In this document: piece by piece, positions 1 through 10,073 of the stretch
Layout of the letters: every line of letters begins with the position of its first letter
Numbering within the stretch: the first letter of the stretch is position 1
NCBI GenBank assembly: GCA_038897035.1
Contig: JAWAXF010000003.1
Coordinates: forward strand, 64 to 64,063
From: Candidatus Bathyarchaeia archaeon
GTDB lineage: Archaea; Thermoproteota; Bathyarchaeia; Bathyarchaeales; DTEX01
Reading direction: 5' to 3'
Length of the DNA stretch: 64,000 bases
Notes under the pieces: generated by a model
Databases searched by the model: none
The model's input: only the letters and a program-made list of their open reading frames with translations
What the model was told of the DNA's origin: nothing
Translations under genes and position numbers: made by a program

Positions 1-264
1 TTCAGCAAACCAGCCATAATTTTGATATACTGGGAAATTAATTGTTTCACCTCTTCCTGTCTCAATTGTAACCTTAACAGTCACCCAACCGCTCCATTCT
101 CCTGGTGCTAATTCGCCTACCCAAGCAAAATCTGGACCCTGAACTATCTGATAGGTGTAGCCAAACCTTGCCGGATCAGCCCTAACAGGGATTGGGAAAA
201 CCGCGAGCATTGATACCGCTAGGATTGCCAGCACTAGTAAGCCAATCTTACCCTTCATATTCAT
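1..264 (-). CDS. Secreted/exported protein, 5' part only; the gene runs off the window start
   Basis: Reverse-strand ATG at 264 is preceded by GGAGG (reverse complement of 268-280). It translates as MNMKGKIGLLVLAILAVSMLAVFPIPVRADP..., a classic signal peptide, and stays open to position 1. It is absent from the ORF track because it is truncated by the window edge. Confidence 0.55.
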   Translation of the reverse strand, partial: MNMKGKIGLLVLAILAVSMLAVFPIPVRADPARFGYTYQIVQGPDFAWVGELAPGEWSGWVTVKVTIETGRGETINFPVYQNYGWFAE

Positions 265-313
265 ACCTTTTTTCCTCCTTTCATATTTTTCCGATCGGTT
301 TGAGACCTCCCTT

Positions 314-568
314 TCAGCTTTCCTTTAGCTCTTTTAGTCTCTCTTTTTCCCGCTTGATCTTCTCTAGGCAGGCTTCCCGGACGAAGGCTGAGCGGCTAGG
401 CCAGTAGCCGAGATCCTTAATGAGATGGTCTATCTCCTCAAGGATCTTGAGCGGTATGGAGACGGCGCCAAACCTAACACGAGCCTTCCTAGCACCAGCC
501 TTAAACGCGCCCTCACCTTCATCCCTATCCCTTAAGCCTGCCGCATCCATTGAATATCTACTCTGCAT
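314..568 (-). CDS. Ribbon-helix-helix (CopG/NikR-type) DNA-binding protein
   Basis: The segment VSIPLKILEEIDHLIKDLGYWPSRSAFVREACLEKI fits the beta-strand, helix, helix pattern of CopG-family RHH regulators. Confidence 0.6.
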   Translation of the reverse strand: MQSRYSMDAAGLRDRDEGEGAFKAGARKARVRFGAVSIPLKILEEIDHLIKDLGYWPSRSAFVREACLEKIKREKERLKELKES

Positions 569-1201
569 TTTTGTTGAAACCCCAGACCGAGAACGCCGTA
601 GTCGGCCAGAGGCCTCAAACTAATCAAGATTATAAATCTATATTAGTTATATATATTTTCCTATAATTACATTTAATTAAATATGCTGAAAGCAAGAAAA
701 ACGCATAAAAAGCCGCATACGAAGACGAAAATGGACAACCGCGAAGACCAGCGATCAAACCCATAAACCCTATTAAACACCAATCAATAAGCCAATATTT
801 GAGCGCGAAAGCAATAAACCAACTAAAAATTCTCCTAGCAGCAGCCCTATGCGCATCGCTCTCGCTTCTAATCTTCCTAGCAGCCCCAATAATAAAAGTC
901 ACGAGAATAACCACGTATAAAACATGGCTCCCAAACGGCACAATAGAAACAGCTACAAGAGAAGACACCACTTGGATTACACCATACCAGCTCATCTCAG
1001 GCGTAGAAGTCTTCCTCGACATAAAAGACCTAAAAAGCCTAAAGGAAAAGCTGGATAACGCACGCTTCAGGGAGGAGTGCCGCCCACCAAAAGCCAATAT
1101 CGAGTGCGGAGAGAAGAGCACAATCCTAATGAAATAGCGCAACCTAGCCGCCTATATCAACTTAAATACTGGTCTACCAGCATAGTTCTTTAGCGACACC
1201 T

Positions 1202-1357
1202 ATGAGAAAAATCAGCCTATACATAGACGAGGAATTATGGGCTAAATTTAAGGAGGTCGTTCTGAGGAAGCATGGAAACATTAAGGAAGCTCAGCATGAG
1301 GTTGAAAACCTATTGAAAGAATCCCTAGTCGACGAAGGAATTGGGCAAGCCTTTTAG
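1202..1357 (+). CDS. Small RHH-like antitoxin candidate (VapB-like), 51 aa
   Basis: Translates as MRKISLYIDEELWAKFKEVVLRKHGNIKEAQHEVENLLKESL, an RHH-like N-terminus. It lies directly upstream of a PIN-like remnant. It is shorter than the ORF-track cutoff. Confidence 0.4.
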   Translation: MRKISLYIDEELWAKFKEVVLRKHGNIKEAQHEVENLLKESLVDEGIGQAF

Positions 1358-1506
1358 AAGATTAGTGTTGATATTAAAACCCCAAAGTCTCCAGAAGAGA
1401 TAAAGAGGGAAAGACCTACGCTGAGAGACCCAGCCGCCGAGCTCCTCATCAGAGAGATGAGGGGAAGCCCCATTGCTAAAGGCTCATGGGATAGTTAAAA
1501 GCTATT

Positions 1507-1809
1507 ATGGGGTTCTTAAGCGAAATTACAGGGCTACTCCGCTTGAAAAGCATGGAAATAATTCCGGTTTTAACATCTGTACTCGTAGAGGGCTGGCCTT
1601 TAATCTTAGAGGAGCATATCTACGAAGCCGATGCCCTCCAAATCCAAACCTAAATATATTCCGAAAGTAAATTGTTTCTAAGCGATGACGAAAATCTCAT
1701 TAACACCGCCCTAAAAAAGGGAATAAGAGCCATAAATATTAAAGACGAGAGTAAAGTTGAAGCTTCATTGAAGGCAGCGATGAAAAATAGCAGCCAAGGG
1801 CACAGCTGA
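1507..1809 (+). pseudogene. PIN-domain (VapC-like) toxin remnant with an in-frame TAA
   Basis: The single frame reads ...EIIPVLTSVLVEGWPLILEEHIYEADALQIQT*IYSESKLFLSDDENLINTALKKGIRAINIKDE. YxADALQI and LSDDxNL match the third and fourth acidic motifs of PIN domains. There is an in-frame TAA at 1651-1653, and the N-terminal Asp-containing part is missing. Confidence 0.45.
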
Positions 1810-1832
1810 ACGAGAAGGATGGAGCCACCATT

Positions 1833-2102
1833 TTATATCTTGACGTGGAGGATTACGAATAGTCCCATGATCATTATGCAGAGCCAAAACGCTAAATCCA
1901 CCGCTAATAACGCTAAATCAACTCTCCAAACATCAACTGGACCGTGAATAGTGTTTGACGTATGGGTGCACCAAACCAGCGGAAAACCATAGTCCACATG
2001 GACATAATCCGGCCAATTAAACTCAAAACCCCATGTTACCGCTAAAACGGTTACCGCACCCATTACAACTGCGAAAACCAACGCGATTACGCTTTTACCC
2101 AC
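1833..2102 (-). CDS. Small membrane protein (hypothetical)
   Basis: 89 aa with hydrophobic helices at both ends (VIALVFAVVMGAVTVLAV and LAFWLCIMIMGLFVIL). No recognisable family. Confidence 0.4.
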   Translation of the reverse strand: MGKSVIALVFAVVMGAVTVLAVTWGFEFNWPDYVHVDYGFPLVWCTHTSNTIHGPVDVWRVDLALLAVDLAFWLCIMIMGLFVILHVKI

Positions 2103-2159
2103 GCCTAAACCACTTCAATAAACATAACAATAAGTTCTGCTAATAATCTTTTCCAGACA

Positions 2160-2515
2160 TCAGCCTTCCCCAAGAATCTTCTCAATTATCACGTACTCCA
2201 TATCGCTCGTCGTCGCAGTCCCGCCTAAATCATACGCTTTAACCTTCCCCTCGCTTAAAACCTTCTCGACAGCATTCTCTATGCGCCTAGCCGCTTCATA
2301 CTCGCCGAGCCACTCAAGCATCATCTTAGCAGCCAGAATGGTTGCGATCGGATTAGCCCTATTCTTACCAGCATGCTTGGGCGCCGAGCCGTGAACAGGC
2401 TCAAACATACCGTAGCTATCGCCTATATTCGCTCCGGCGGCAAGCCCAATACCGCCAGCTATCTGCGCAGCTTCATCAGAAAGTATATCGCCGAAAAGGT
2501 TAGGCTTGAGGAGGC
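2160..2515 (-). pseudogene. C-terminal remnant of an isopropylmalate/isocitrate dehydrogenase family gene
   Basis: The reverse frame reads [67 protein letters not shown]. This parallels residues [51 protein letters not shown] of the intact LeuB at 18515-19540. A stop lies immediately upstream, and about 220 N-terminal codons are absent. Confidence 0.7.
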
Positions 2516-2966
2516 CACCAAAGAACTAGGAGAAAGGTGGGAAAACTTATAGCGTAAAAATGCACTTTAAAATTCATGTGATGAAAAAATGGCGGCCCAA
2601 TCTCTTCCCCAAACAGAAAGTAAAGAAACAGAGGCCTTCGGCGGGGAAGAGATTTGGACCCGTGATGTAGGTGCCCGGCCGGAGCACCAAAAACCTTGTT
2701 GCTTTTCAAAACGGAACCTAAAATTAGTTTCTCTGGAAAAGCAGAGATTTGCGGGATAGGTATACCCTAGAACTATCCCGTTAGGAGTATACATTTAAGG
2801 TAGAATGTTTATGTCCATGCCAGCTGCTTTAGCCTTCGGCCTTAGCAATTCACCTATGCTCATTATAGTCGCGTCTAAAAATACTTATTAACAAGCAGAG
2901 ACATCTCCAGAAAAAAGTTAATTATCCCTATAGCTTACAATATTTAGTTCGTTGGATGGTGAGATA

Positions 2967-4454
2967 ATGGAAGGCGTTTCACTAAGAGAGAATTATGGTC
3001 GACTGAAACATTTTATTGATAATGAATATGTAGGGGCAGATGCCGACAAATATACTTTGTCTTACGATCCCGGTCTCGGGAAACCTATCGCTGAAGTGCC
3101 GATGTTATCATCAAGTGACGTTGATAGGGCGGTGCGCTCCGCTGCAGCCGCCTTCGATAGTTGGTCGAACTTGCCCATCTTTGATCGCCTCCAATATTTA
3201 GTTAAGCTAAAAATTCTAATGGAAGAAAATCTTGAGACTTTTGCTAGACTTATAGCGAGGAATGTTGGTAAGACGATAAGAGAAGGGCGTGCTGAGATAC
3301 GCAGAGCTATCGAGGCCGTTGATGCATCTTTAGGCGCACCTCATCTACTTATGCTAACTAGGAAGGTTATGAACTTAGCTAAGGCTGTACCAGAAATAGA
3401 CATGGAATGCATTAGGGAGCCACTAGGGGTCTTCGCGATAATATCTCCATTCAATTTCCCCATAATGATACCCATGTGGTTTGTTCCATGGGCAATAATC
3501 CTTGGAAATACTGTAGTAATAAAGCCTAGCTCGCTGGATCCTGTTCCAACAACCTTCTTTGTTGAATTGTTTAAGAAGGCTGGTTTCCCGCCAGGCGTAG
3601 TTAACCTCATTAATGGGACGGGGCCAGCTTCAGATGAGTTACTTAAGCATCCGGAGATAGCAGGAGTATGTTTTGTCGGCTCATCAACTGTCGGTGAAAG
3701 GGTTTATGCCACGGCATGCTCGCATGGCAAGAGGGCTGTATGCCAATGTAGCGCCAAGAATCCGGTTATCCTAATGCCGGATGCTGTTCCGGAACCCTCA
3801 ATTGAGAACATAGTCGGTGGTTTCTTCGATATGGCTGGCCAGCGCTGTTTGGCACCCGGCCTACTGATTACAGTTGGTGAGGCGTATGAAAAATTTGTTC
3901 ACGCAATTGTGGAAAGAACGAAGAGAGTTAAAGTGGGTTATCAACTGTTTGAGGATACTGACATGGGACCATTAGTGGCCGCAAAGGAGCGGGAGAGGGT
4001 TTCAGGAATGATTCAGAGAGCGATTGATGGGGGCGCTAAACCACTCCTCGATGGAAGAACCATCAAAGTTGCCGAGGAATACAATAATGGCTTTTTCCTA
4101 GGTCCAACAATTCTGGATGATGTTAAAAGAGGCATGGAGATAGAGCAGGAGGAAGTATTTGGGCCAGTTATGCCGATTGTGAGAGCTAAGGATTTTGAGG
4201 AGGCAATTGAAATAGCCAATAATAGGCAGTACGGCAATACTGGAACAATATATACGTCAAGTGGGAAATGGTTTAGGGAGTTTGCTAGACGCGTTAAGGC
4301 TGGCAATATAGCATGTAACATGGCTGTAGCGCAACCCCAGCAATACTTCCCATTCCCAGCGCGAAAAAGAAGCCACTATGGCCCCCTAACAGGACAAACT
4401 GGTGCAATAGACTTCTTCACGGACATGAAGGTGATAATGGCCAGATGGTGGTGA
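2967..4454 (+). CDS. NAD(P)-dependent aldehyde dehydrogenase, methylmalonate-semialdehyde dehydrogenase-like
   Basis: ALDH family motifs are present: FNFPIMIPMWFVPWAIILGNTVVIKPS, FVGSSTVGERVY, catalytic Cys context AGQRCLAPG, and EEVFGPVMPIV. ATG at 2967 is preceded by GGTGA; the ORF track starts at the TTG at 2952. Confidence 0.85.
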   Translation: MEGVSLRENYGRLKHFIDNEYVGADADKYTLSYDPGLGKPIAEVPMLSSSDVDRAVRSAAAAFDSWSNLPIFDRLQYLVKLKILMEENLETFARLIARNVGKTIREGRAEIRRAIEAVDASLGAPHLLMLTRKVMNLAKAVPEIDMECIREPLGVFAIISPFNFPIMIPMWFVPWAIILGNTVVIKPSSLDPVPTTFFVELFKKAGFPPGVVNLINGTGPASDELLKHPEIAGVCFVGSSTVGERVYATACSHGKRAVCQCSAKNPVILMPDAVPEPSIENIVGGFFDMAGQRCLAPGLLITVGEAYEKFVHAIVERTKRVKVGYQLFEDTDMGPLVAAKERERVSGMIQRAIDGGAKPLLDGRTIKVAEEYNNGFFLGPTILDDVKRGMEIEQEEVFGPVMPIVRAKDFEEAIEIANNRQYGNTGTIYTSSGKWFREFARRVKAGNIACNMAVAQPQQYFPFPARKRSHYGPLTGQTGAIDFFTDMKVIMARWW

Positions 4455-4832
4455 AAACACTAAATTTTCATCAACAAAAACTTTTTCAATATTATCAGTT
4501 CTTAGCTTCAGAAAATGTTCTGAAGAAAGTCTCTACACCAAAACTGCTATGTTTAAAATGGGTTAGCATATTCACGATCAGAGTCAAAGCGGCAGATCAT
4601 AAAAATAGAGTGAAATTCGACAGCTGGGAGGAGGGATAGGTCACTGCAGGTACTCATTATTTTCCTCAATATTTGTTAAAAAGTATATTTAGGAGATCGT
4701 TCTCTCCTTTTAGAGTGTCGGTTACTCCCGATCTGGGTTCAGCGATGGCTTTAAAGAAGGGCTTTAGATGTGTGGAATATAGGCGTAAGGATAAGTGCGG
4801 AGAAACGCAATTGCCTTCTAAAGTACTTAGTA

Positions 4833-6095
4833 ATGAAAATCTCTTCTGCACCTCCGGATAATCCGAAGCTCCAGGGGCCCTTCGCCCAGAATGAATTTAG
4901 TTTCCCTCAACACTCCCTCCATAAAGCATTCAGAGAGTGTTTAACATCATTCGCTTTTGACCTTATTGGGCTACTGGCAGGCTTTATTTTCGCCTACTTT
5001 TTGGGCGTCTTCATGTTAGCGCCTTGGATAATCGCTATTTATCCCGCAATCTTAACTGCAAAGGGGGTTATTGCGGGTCTTCTCGCAGGCAAACTGGGCA
5101 CAGCCCTCCATATTGGCACAATATATCCCAAGTTTACTGGCAATACGAGGACATTTTATAAGATCTTTGACGTAATCATAGTAGTGAACCTAATAACCAG
5201 CCTTTTTATGAGTACAATCGCCATCATTTTCGGCATACTTTTCTGGGGGATTGAAATCAATAATATTATCGAGATTATATTAAATGTGATTACTACGATG
5301 GCCTTAGGTTTAACAATCTCTCTCCTGACAGCATACATTTCCTTCTTTTCGTTCAGGTTTGGCTGGGATCCGGATGTTGTAGTGTATCCAATTATGTCTT
5401 CTGTAGCCGATTCCGTAATAACCATCTATTATGCCTTAACTGTCTCTACATTCTTTCTTTTAGGCAACGCAGGAAAAATCACTGTGATTATTATTAGTGT
5501 CCTTTATTTAGTCATCGCAGCCTTTACAATGTTACGCAATATACGTGATGAAGAATTTACTAGAAATATAAAGGAGACCTTGTTAACCCTGCTTATAGTC
5601 GCATTCATAGTTAATATTACCGGGACCTTTCTTGAGAGGATAAGTGCCATTATTGAGGAGAGAAGGGAGGTATACACAGTTTATCCATCACTAATTGACA
5701 TGATTGGCGACGTGGGATCCGTTGTAGGCGCAACAGCAACAACAAAGCTCGCTCTAGGTCTAATTAATCCATCATTTAAAGACCTAAAGAGACTTAAAGA
5801 ACACATTTCTGCCTCCTGGCTCTCCTCACTAATAATTTTTACCGCCATTTCAGTAGTGTCGCTGACGTTAAACGGATTACTCAGTCCACCACATTTTACC
5901 TGGCTTACCTCAGTTCTATTAATAGTTAATGCTATTGCCGTCCCACTAATACTTCTTATATCATACCTGGTTTCAATCTTAACCTTTAAAAAAGGCTTCG
6001 ACCCGGACAACTTTGTTATTCCTATAGAGAGTTCCCTTGCAGATAGTGTTGCTACATTATCTCTGCTTCTCGCTATCCTCTTAATTCTCAGATAG
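4833..6095 (+). CDS. MgtE-like divalent-cation transporter membrane protein (duplicated MgtE/SLC41-type domain)
   Basis: A polytopic membrane protein with two repeats, ending in DPDVVVYPIMSSVADSVITIYY and DPDNFVIPIESSLADSVATLSL. These are typical of MgtE-type permease domains. The start is uncertain (ORF opens at 4770; ATG at 4833). Confidence 0.65.
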   Translation: MKISSAPPDNPKLQGPFAQNEFSFPQHSLHKAFRECLTSFAFDLIGLLAGFIFAYFLGVFMLAPWIIAIYPAILTAKGVIAGLLAGKLGTALHIGTIYPKFTGNTRTFYKIFDVIIVVNLITSLFMSTIAIIFGILFWGIEINNIIEIILNVITTMALGLTISLLTAYISFFSFRFGWDPDVVVYPIMSSVADSVITIYYALTVSTFFLLGNAGKITVIIISVLYLVIAAFTMLRNIRDEEFTRNIKETLLTLLIVAFIVNITGTFLERISAIIEERREVYTVYPSLIDMIGDVGSVVGATATTKLALGLINPSFKDLKRLKEHISASWLSSLIIFTAISVVSLTLNGLLSPPHFTWLTSVLLIVNAIAVPLILLISYLVSILTFKKGFDPDNFVIPIESSLADSVATLSLLLAILLILR

Positions 6096-6164
6096 AGGAC
6101 AGAAATTCACTAGATTTAAAAACTGCCAAGATAAAATAAAATATTGGATGGAGAGAACAGTAGG

Positions 6165-7361
6165 ATGTACAAACGTGGGAAGAAGGAGAAAATAAAGTAT
6201 CGGCCAATACCCGTGAGAGAAATACTTTTAGAAATGAAGAATCTCTCTGAGCTAATGATAGACCTAGCGTATTCGGCAGCATTGTTTGGAGACAAGGATT
6301 TGGCCGAAGATGTGATAGAGCTCGAGGAAAGGATCGATACTCTGGCTTATTTCCTCAATATGGCAGTAATGCTTGCCGCAAGGGATGCAGAGGATGCAAA
6401 GATCTTATCAGGGGTTGCTAAAGTTGCCTCCGCCGCCGACAAAATCTCAGATGCGGCTGGCGACATAGCAAATATAGTCCTTCATGAAATTGGCGTACAT
6501 CCAATTATAGCCGATATATTTGAGAAGGTTGAGGAGAGACTGGCAAGAATAAAAATCCTTGAAGACTCCCCAATTGTTAGAATGAAGATAAGCAACTTAG
6601 ATCCAGCATCCATGGGGATAGATATAATAGCCATTCGTAGGGGAGGAGACTGGGTAATAAATCCGAAAGAGGATGAGGTCATTAGGGGCGGTGATATTAT
6701 CATCGTGCGTGGGGTGCAGGATGGCATAAACGGTTTTAGAGAGAAGGTTGGGGAGAAAATTGTAAAGGGAGAGGAAGAGATCATCAGGAAGATTGTATGG
6801 GAGGACCGATTTAAGGACGTTATCAAATATTTTGTTGAACTTAAAGATATTTCTGAATTGATGATTGACTTAGCTTACTCAGCGTTAATGCTTAATAGCA
6901 AGGAGCTCGCCGAGGAGGTTCAGAAGCTCGAGGAATATATTGACGAGCTCCATACAAAGTTTGAATTATTAGTTCTTTCAAGCGGATTCGTGGAAAGCGA
7001 AGCAAAGGGTATACTTGGTCTCATAAGGCTTGGAGTGGCCGCTGAGAGGATCTCTGATGCTGCGGCTGAAATAGCTGAGATAATTCTGAGGGGTATTGAA
7101 CCGCACCCTGTCCTTAGGATGACTGTTGAAAGCGCTGAAGAAACTGTTGTCTATGCGAAAGTGAGCCAAAGCTCCGCCCTAATAGGTAAGACTCTTAGAG
7201 AAGCACGTATACCCGAAGAGACTGGAATATGGGTTCTCGCCATAAAGAGGGGAGATAAAATTATTAGGCCAAAACCTGATACGAGGATTGAAGCTGGCGA
7301 TATCATAATTGCGGCGGGGTACTCTCAAGGTAGGGAAGACCTTATTAGCCTAGTTTCTTAA
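6165..7361 (+). CDS. Regulatory protein with two PhoU-like helical modules and two TrkA-C (RCK_C) domains
   Basis: Internal duplication: ELMIDLAYSAALFGDKDLAEDVIELEERID and ELMIDLAYSALMLNSKELAEEVQKLEEYID. Each is followed by an RCK_C-like segment (GIDIIAIRRGGDWVINPKEDEVIRGGDIIIVRG and GIWVLAIKRGDKIIRPKPDTRIEAGDIIIAAG). It is paired with the upstream permease, as is common in archaea. Confidence 0.7.
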   Translation: MYKRGKKEKIKYRPIPVREILLEMKNLSELMIDLAYSAALFGDKDLAEDVIELEERIDTLAYFLNMAVMLAARDAEDAKILSGVAKVASAADKISDAAGDIANIVLHEIGVHPIIADIFEKVEERLARIKILEDSPIVRMKISNLDPASMGIDIIAIRRGGDWVINPKEDEVIRGGDIIIVRGVQDGINGFREKVGEKIVKGEEEIIRKIVWEDRFKDVIKYFVELKDISELMIDLAYSALMLNSKELAEEVQKLEEYIDELHTKFELLVLSSGFVESEAKGILGLIRLGVAAERISDAAAEIAEIILRGIEPHPVLRMTVESAEETVVYAKVSQSSALIGKTLREARIPEETGIWVLAIKRGDKIIRPKPDTRIEAGDIIIAAGYSQGREDLISLVS

Positions 7362-7395
7362 ACCTCATGCAAGAGTCCTAAGTCCAAGTTAAAAA

Positions 7396-9375
7396 TTATA
7401 TTAATATGATATACATCAGGGCCGCTGTTCCTATAAGGTTTATGAATATGTCTAAGGAGGGGCCAGCAGCGTCTTTAAGCGGGTCACCAACAGTATCGCC
7501 GATAACCGATGCGGCATGTATCGAGCTACCTTTACTTTCTTGCATCCTAATTTCAATGTACTTTTTCGCATTATCCCAAGATGCGCCACTTATACACATG
7601 AGTAGAGAGAGCGGTAACGTTGTAGCCAGATTTCCAACTATGAGCCCACCGAGAGCCTCCTTTCCTAGCAGCAAGCCAATTAAGAGTGGCGTTATAACCG
7701 AAAGAAATGCTGGAAGAAACATTCCTCTCAGAGCGGCTTTTGTGCTTATCTCGATGCATCGAATGTAGCCGGGTTTACTTTTTCCTCTCATACTCTCTAA
7801 GGGAAATGTAGAAGTAGTGAATTGTCTACGAAGCTCCTCAATCATAATATGGGAAGCTTTGCTCACGGCCTTAATGATCAATGAACAGAGAATGAAGGAA
7901 AGCGAGCTGCCAATCAGTATACCGATTATCACCCGCGGATCAGCAGCATTAATTGCATCTAAGCGCGCAGATGTTAGGTAGGTTGAGAATAAAGCAACCT
8001 GAGCCAACGCCGAAGCCCCAATAACATAAACCTTACATGTAGCTTTTGTCATGTTACCAATTGAGTCAAGAACATCCATTGTTCTTCGGAACCCATCACC
8101 CATCTTTGACATGGTTATTAGACCATCGGCGTTATCAACAATCGGGCCATAGGCTGCTATAGATACAAACGATGCCATTATAGATAGAAAGCCAGCTGTT
8201 GCGAGGGCAATCCCGTATAAACCTTCAAAATAGTAGGCGAGGAAGACCACTGCTGAGATTATTATGGTTGGTAGAAGCGCAGCCTCCAGCCCGGTGGAGA
8301 GACCAGTTAATACGTTTATTGCAGGGCCGTATCTAGAAGCCTTTACAATAGCTTTTACGAACCTGCTACTTGGTGAAGTGTAATAGTTAGTTATTTGAGC
8401 GAGCAGAAGAACAGATATTATTCCCATTAACGTAGGCAAGAAAATTCTTAGATTTCCAAGTAAATACTGTGACGCTACAGCAGATGCTATGATAGTGAGG
8501 ATTGCAGGAACGTATGTTGCTCTATACGCCAACCACCTGAGACTTTTAGATGGAAAATGGATAAAGAACAGACTTACTGCTGATGAAAGGAGACCAAAGC
8601 TCAAAACAATGAGCGGATATAACGCGCCGAGAAAACCATATGCGGCCATTCCAAGGATAATCGATGCAACGAGCATGCAAACATATGATTGAAAGACATC
8701 TGAGCCGGTTCCGGCGACATCACCGACATTATCGCCAACCTGATCAGCGATTACAGCCGGGTTTCGCGGGTCATCCTCAGGCAACTTCATCTCGATCTTT
8801 CCAACAACGTCAGCACTTATATCAGCGGCCTTGGTGTATATTCCTCCACCAACACGCGCAAAGAGAGCAACCAAACTGGCTCCAAAAGCTAGACCGACAA
8901 GGTCCGTTACGTCATTATGACCTAAAGCTAGGAGCAATAGGTAGAGCCCGACCACGGCTAATAGCCCAAAACTTGTTAAAGATAAACCTGCGACCATGCC
9001 ACCACTAAAAGCCGTGGAGAAAGCTTTAAGGAAACCCTCTCTAGCAACTTCGACAGTTTTGGAATTCGTGTTCACCGTAATTAGCGTGCTGATATATGCT
9101 GATAAGACCGAGAAAATAGACCCTAGGGAGAAGGCTACCGCCTTCAATATCCCAAAAAATAAATTAAAAATTACAACCAAGACTATGCTGAATAGTAGGG
9201 CTAATGAGAACTGCTTATTCAAGTAGGTAATTGCTCCTTTTCTTATGAGACTTGAAATCTCAGATACTTTTTCGAGACTGACCGTAATTCTGGATAAACG
9301 CCATACTAAAGAAATAGAGAATAAACTAACCACAGCGCACGAAATTACTGGAACATAATACAACAGCGAACTCAA
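7396..9375 (-). CDS. hppA: Membrane-bound proton-translocating inorganic pyrophosphatase
   Basis: 659-aa polytopic protein with M-PPase signatures GDNVGDVAGTGSDVFQSY, DNADGLITMSKMG and GDTVGDPLKDAAGPSLDIFINL. The GNMTKA motif carries Lys where K+-dependent enzymes carry Ala, which suggests the K+-independent subfamily. The start is a TTG. Confidence 0.9.
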   Translation of the reverse strand: MSSLLYYVPVISCAVVSLFSISLVWRLSRITVSLEKVSEISSLIRKGAITYLNKQFSLALLFSIVLVVIFNLFFGILKAVAFSLGSIFSVLSAYISTLITVNTNSKTVEVAREGFLKAFSTAFSGGMVAGLSLTSFGLLAVVGLYLLLLALGHNDVTDLVGLAFGASLVALFARVGGGIYTKAADISADVVGKIEMKLPEDDPRNPAVIADQVGDNVGDVAGTGSDVFQSYVCMLVASIILGMAAYGFLGALYPLIVLSFGLLSSAVSLFFIHFPSKSLRWLAYRATYVPAILTIIASAVASQYLLGNLRIFLPTLMGIISVLLLAQITNYYTSPSSRFVKAIVKASRYGPAINVLTGLSTGLEAALLPTIIISAVVFLAYYFEGLYGIALATAGFLSIMASFVSIAAYGPIVDNADGLITMSKMGDGFRRTMDVLDSIGNMTKATCKVYVIGASALAQVALFSTYLTSARLDAINAADPRVIIGILIGSSLSFILCSLIIKAVSKASHIMIEELRRQFTTSTFPLESMRGKSKPGYIRCIEISTKAALRGMFLPAFLSVITPLLIGLLLGKEALGGLIVGNLATTLPLSLLMCISGASWDNAKKYIEIRMQESKGSSIHAASVIGDTVGDPLKDAAGPSLDIFINLIGTAALMYIILI

Positions 9376-9554
9376 ACCTTAAAATCACTCCAGAGATTAC
9401 GCGGGCCCTCTTCTTCTATGAAAATGGAAGTTTAAAAACTTTACTTCGAAACTTATCTTCTAGCGCCAAAATTTGTGGGGTATGCTTTATTTATGGCAAT
9501 CTTCAAACCGACTTCTGCCGCTCACGTTTCTTTTAGGCTTTTATGAAATCTAGT

Positions 9555-9764
9555 CTAGAGAGTTTCTTGTCCACTTAACATGCTCAAGTACTGCTTAAGT
9601 TTATTAAATAATTCGCCAGCCTTTACTTCCTCGGCGCTCTCAGGTAACATGAACTGGTATTTACCCTGCCCTATATCTCTGAGAATGAAGTATTTTTTGT
9701 TGCACTCGAAGTAGATGTGTTCTCTACCTATTTGAATATCCCACTTCTTGCCTTCACCAGACAT
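9555..9764 (-). CDS. Hypothetical small protein
   Basis: 69-aa ORF in an otherwise non-coding gap. No recognisable motif. Confidence 0.3.
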   Translation of the reverse strand: MSGEGKKWDIQIGREHIYFECNKKYFILRDIGQGKYQFMLPESAEEVKAGELFNKLKQYLSMLSGQETL

Positions 9765-9839
9765 AGGGGATCACAAGCGTTAGATTACTGCAACAAAAGT
9801 ATTAAGGTTTTTGCTTTAATAATGGGCATTATTCGCTTT

Positions 9840-10052
9840 CTAGCGTAAATATGCGTATAGTAGGCAGCAAACTATTGCCATTAGCGCTCCCCAAAGCCCC
9901 CATGCAACCCAGCTAGATGTAAATATATAGGGGAAGGACTCCATCAAAATGGGTAAGGCTTTAAAGTATATTATATTGGCGGCGATGCCAAGTATGAAGC
10001 CTAAGAGACCTATTGCAAACAATGTAAGTATAGCTTTTAGCCTTTTACCCAC
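9840..10052 (-). CDS. Small two-helix membrane protein (hypothetical)
   Basis: 70 aa with two hydrophobic helices (ILTLFAIGLLGFILGIAANIIYF and WVAWGLWGALMAIVCCLLYAYL). It lies 21 nt downstream of the ESCRT-III-like gene on the same strand. Confidence 0.4.
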   Translation of the reverse strand: MGKRLKAILTLFAIGLLGFILGIAANIIYFKALPILMESFPYIFTSSWVAWGLWGALMAIVCCLLYAYLR

Positions 10053-10073
10053 AGATCATCGCCACGGGCCAAT

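Noticed and set aside
630-1142. Mutually antisense ORFs: a 170-aa minus-strand hydrophobic protein and a 112-aa plus-strand protein with an N-terminal helix.
   Set aside because: I cannot decide which strand, if either, is coding. The minus ORF's tail reads through AT-rich promoter-like DNA (630-680). The plus ORF starts at a TTG and uses atypical A/C-ending codons. Neither has a recognisable motif, so it is left unannotated.
2576-2700. C/D-box-like gtgatga at 2576-2582, a perfect 10-bp inverted repeat tctcttcccc/ggggaagaga (2601-2610 / 2643-2652), and overlapping 69- and 75-aa minus-strand ORFs.
   Set aside because: No CUGA boxes lie at the required 12-nt spacing. The hairpin is isolated and has no recognisable family. 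The ORFs have no motifs and lie in what looks like debris upstream of the truncated dehydrogenase remnant.
8664-9008. A 114-aa His/Gln/Arg-rich ORF on the plus strand inside hppA.
   Set aside because: Its low-complexity composition is typical of an out-of-frame antisense reading of a membrane-protein gene, and hppA on the minus strand is intact and continuous.
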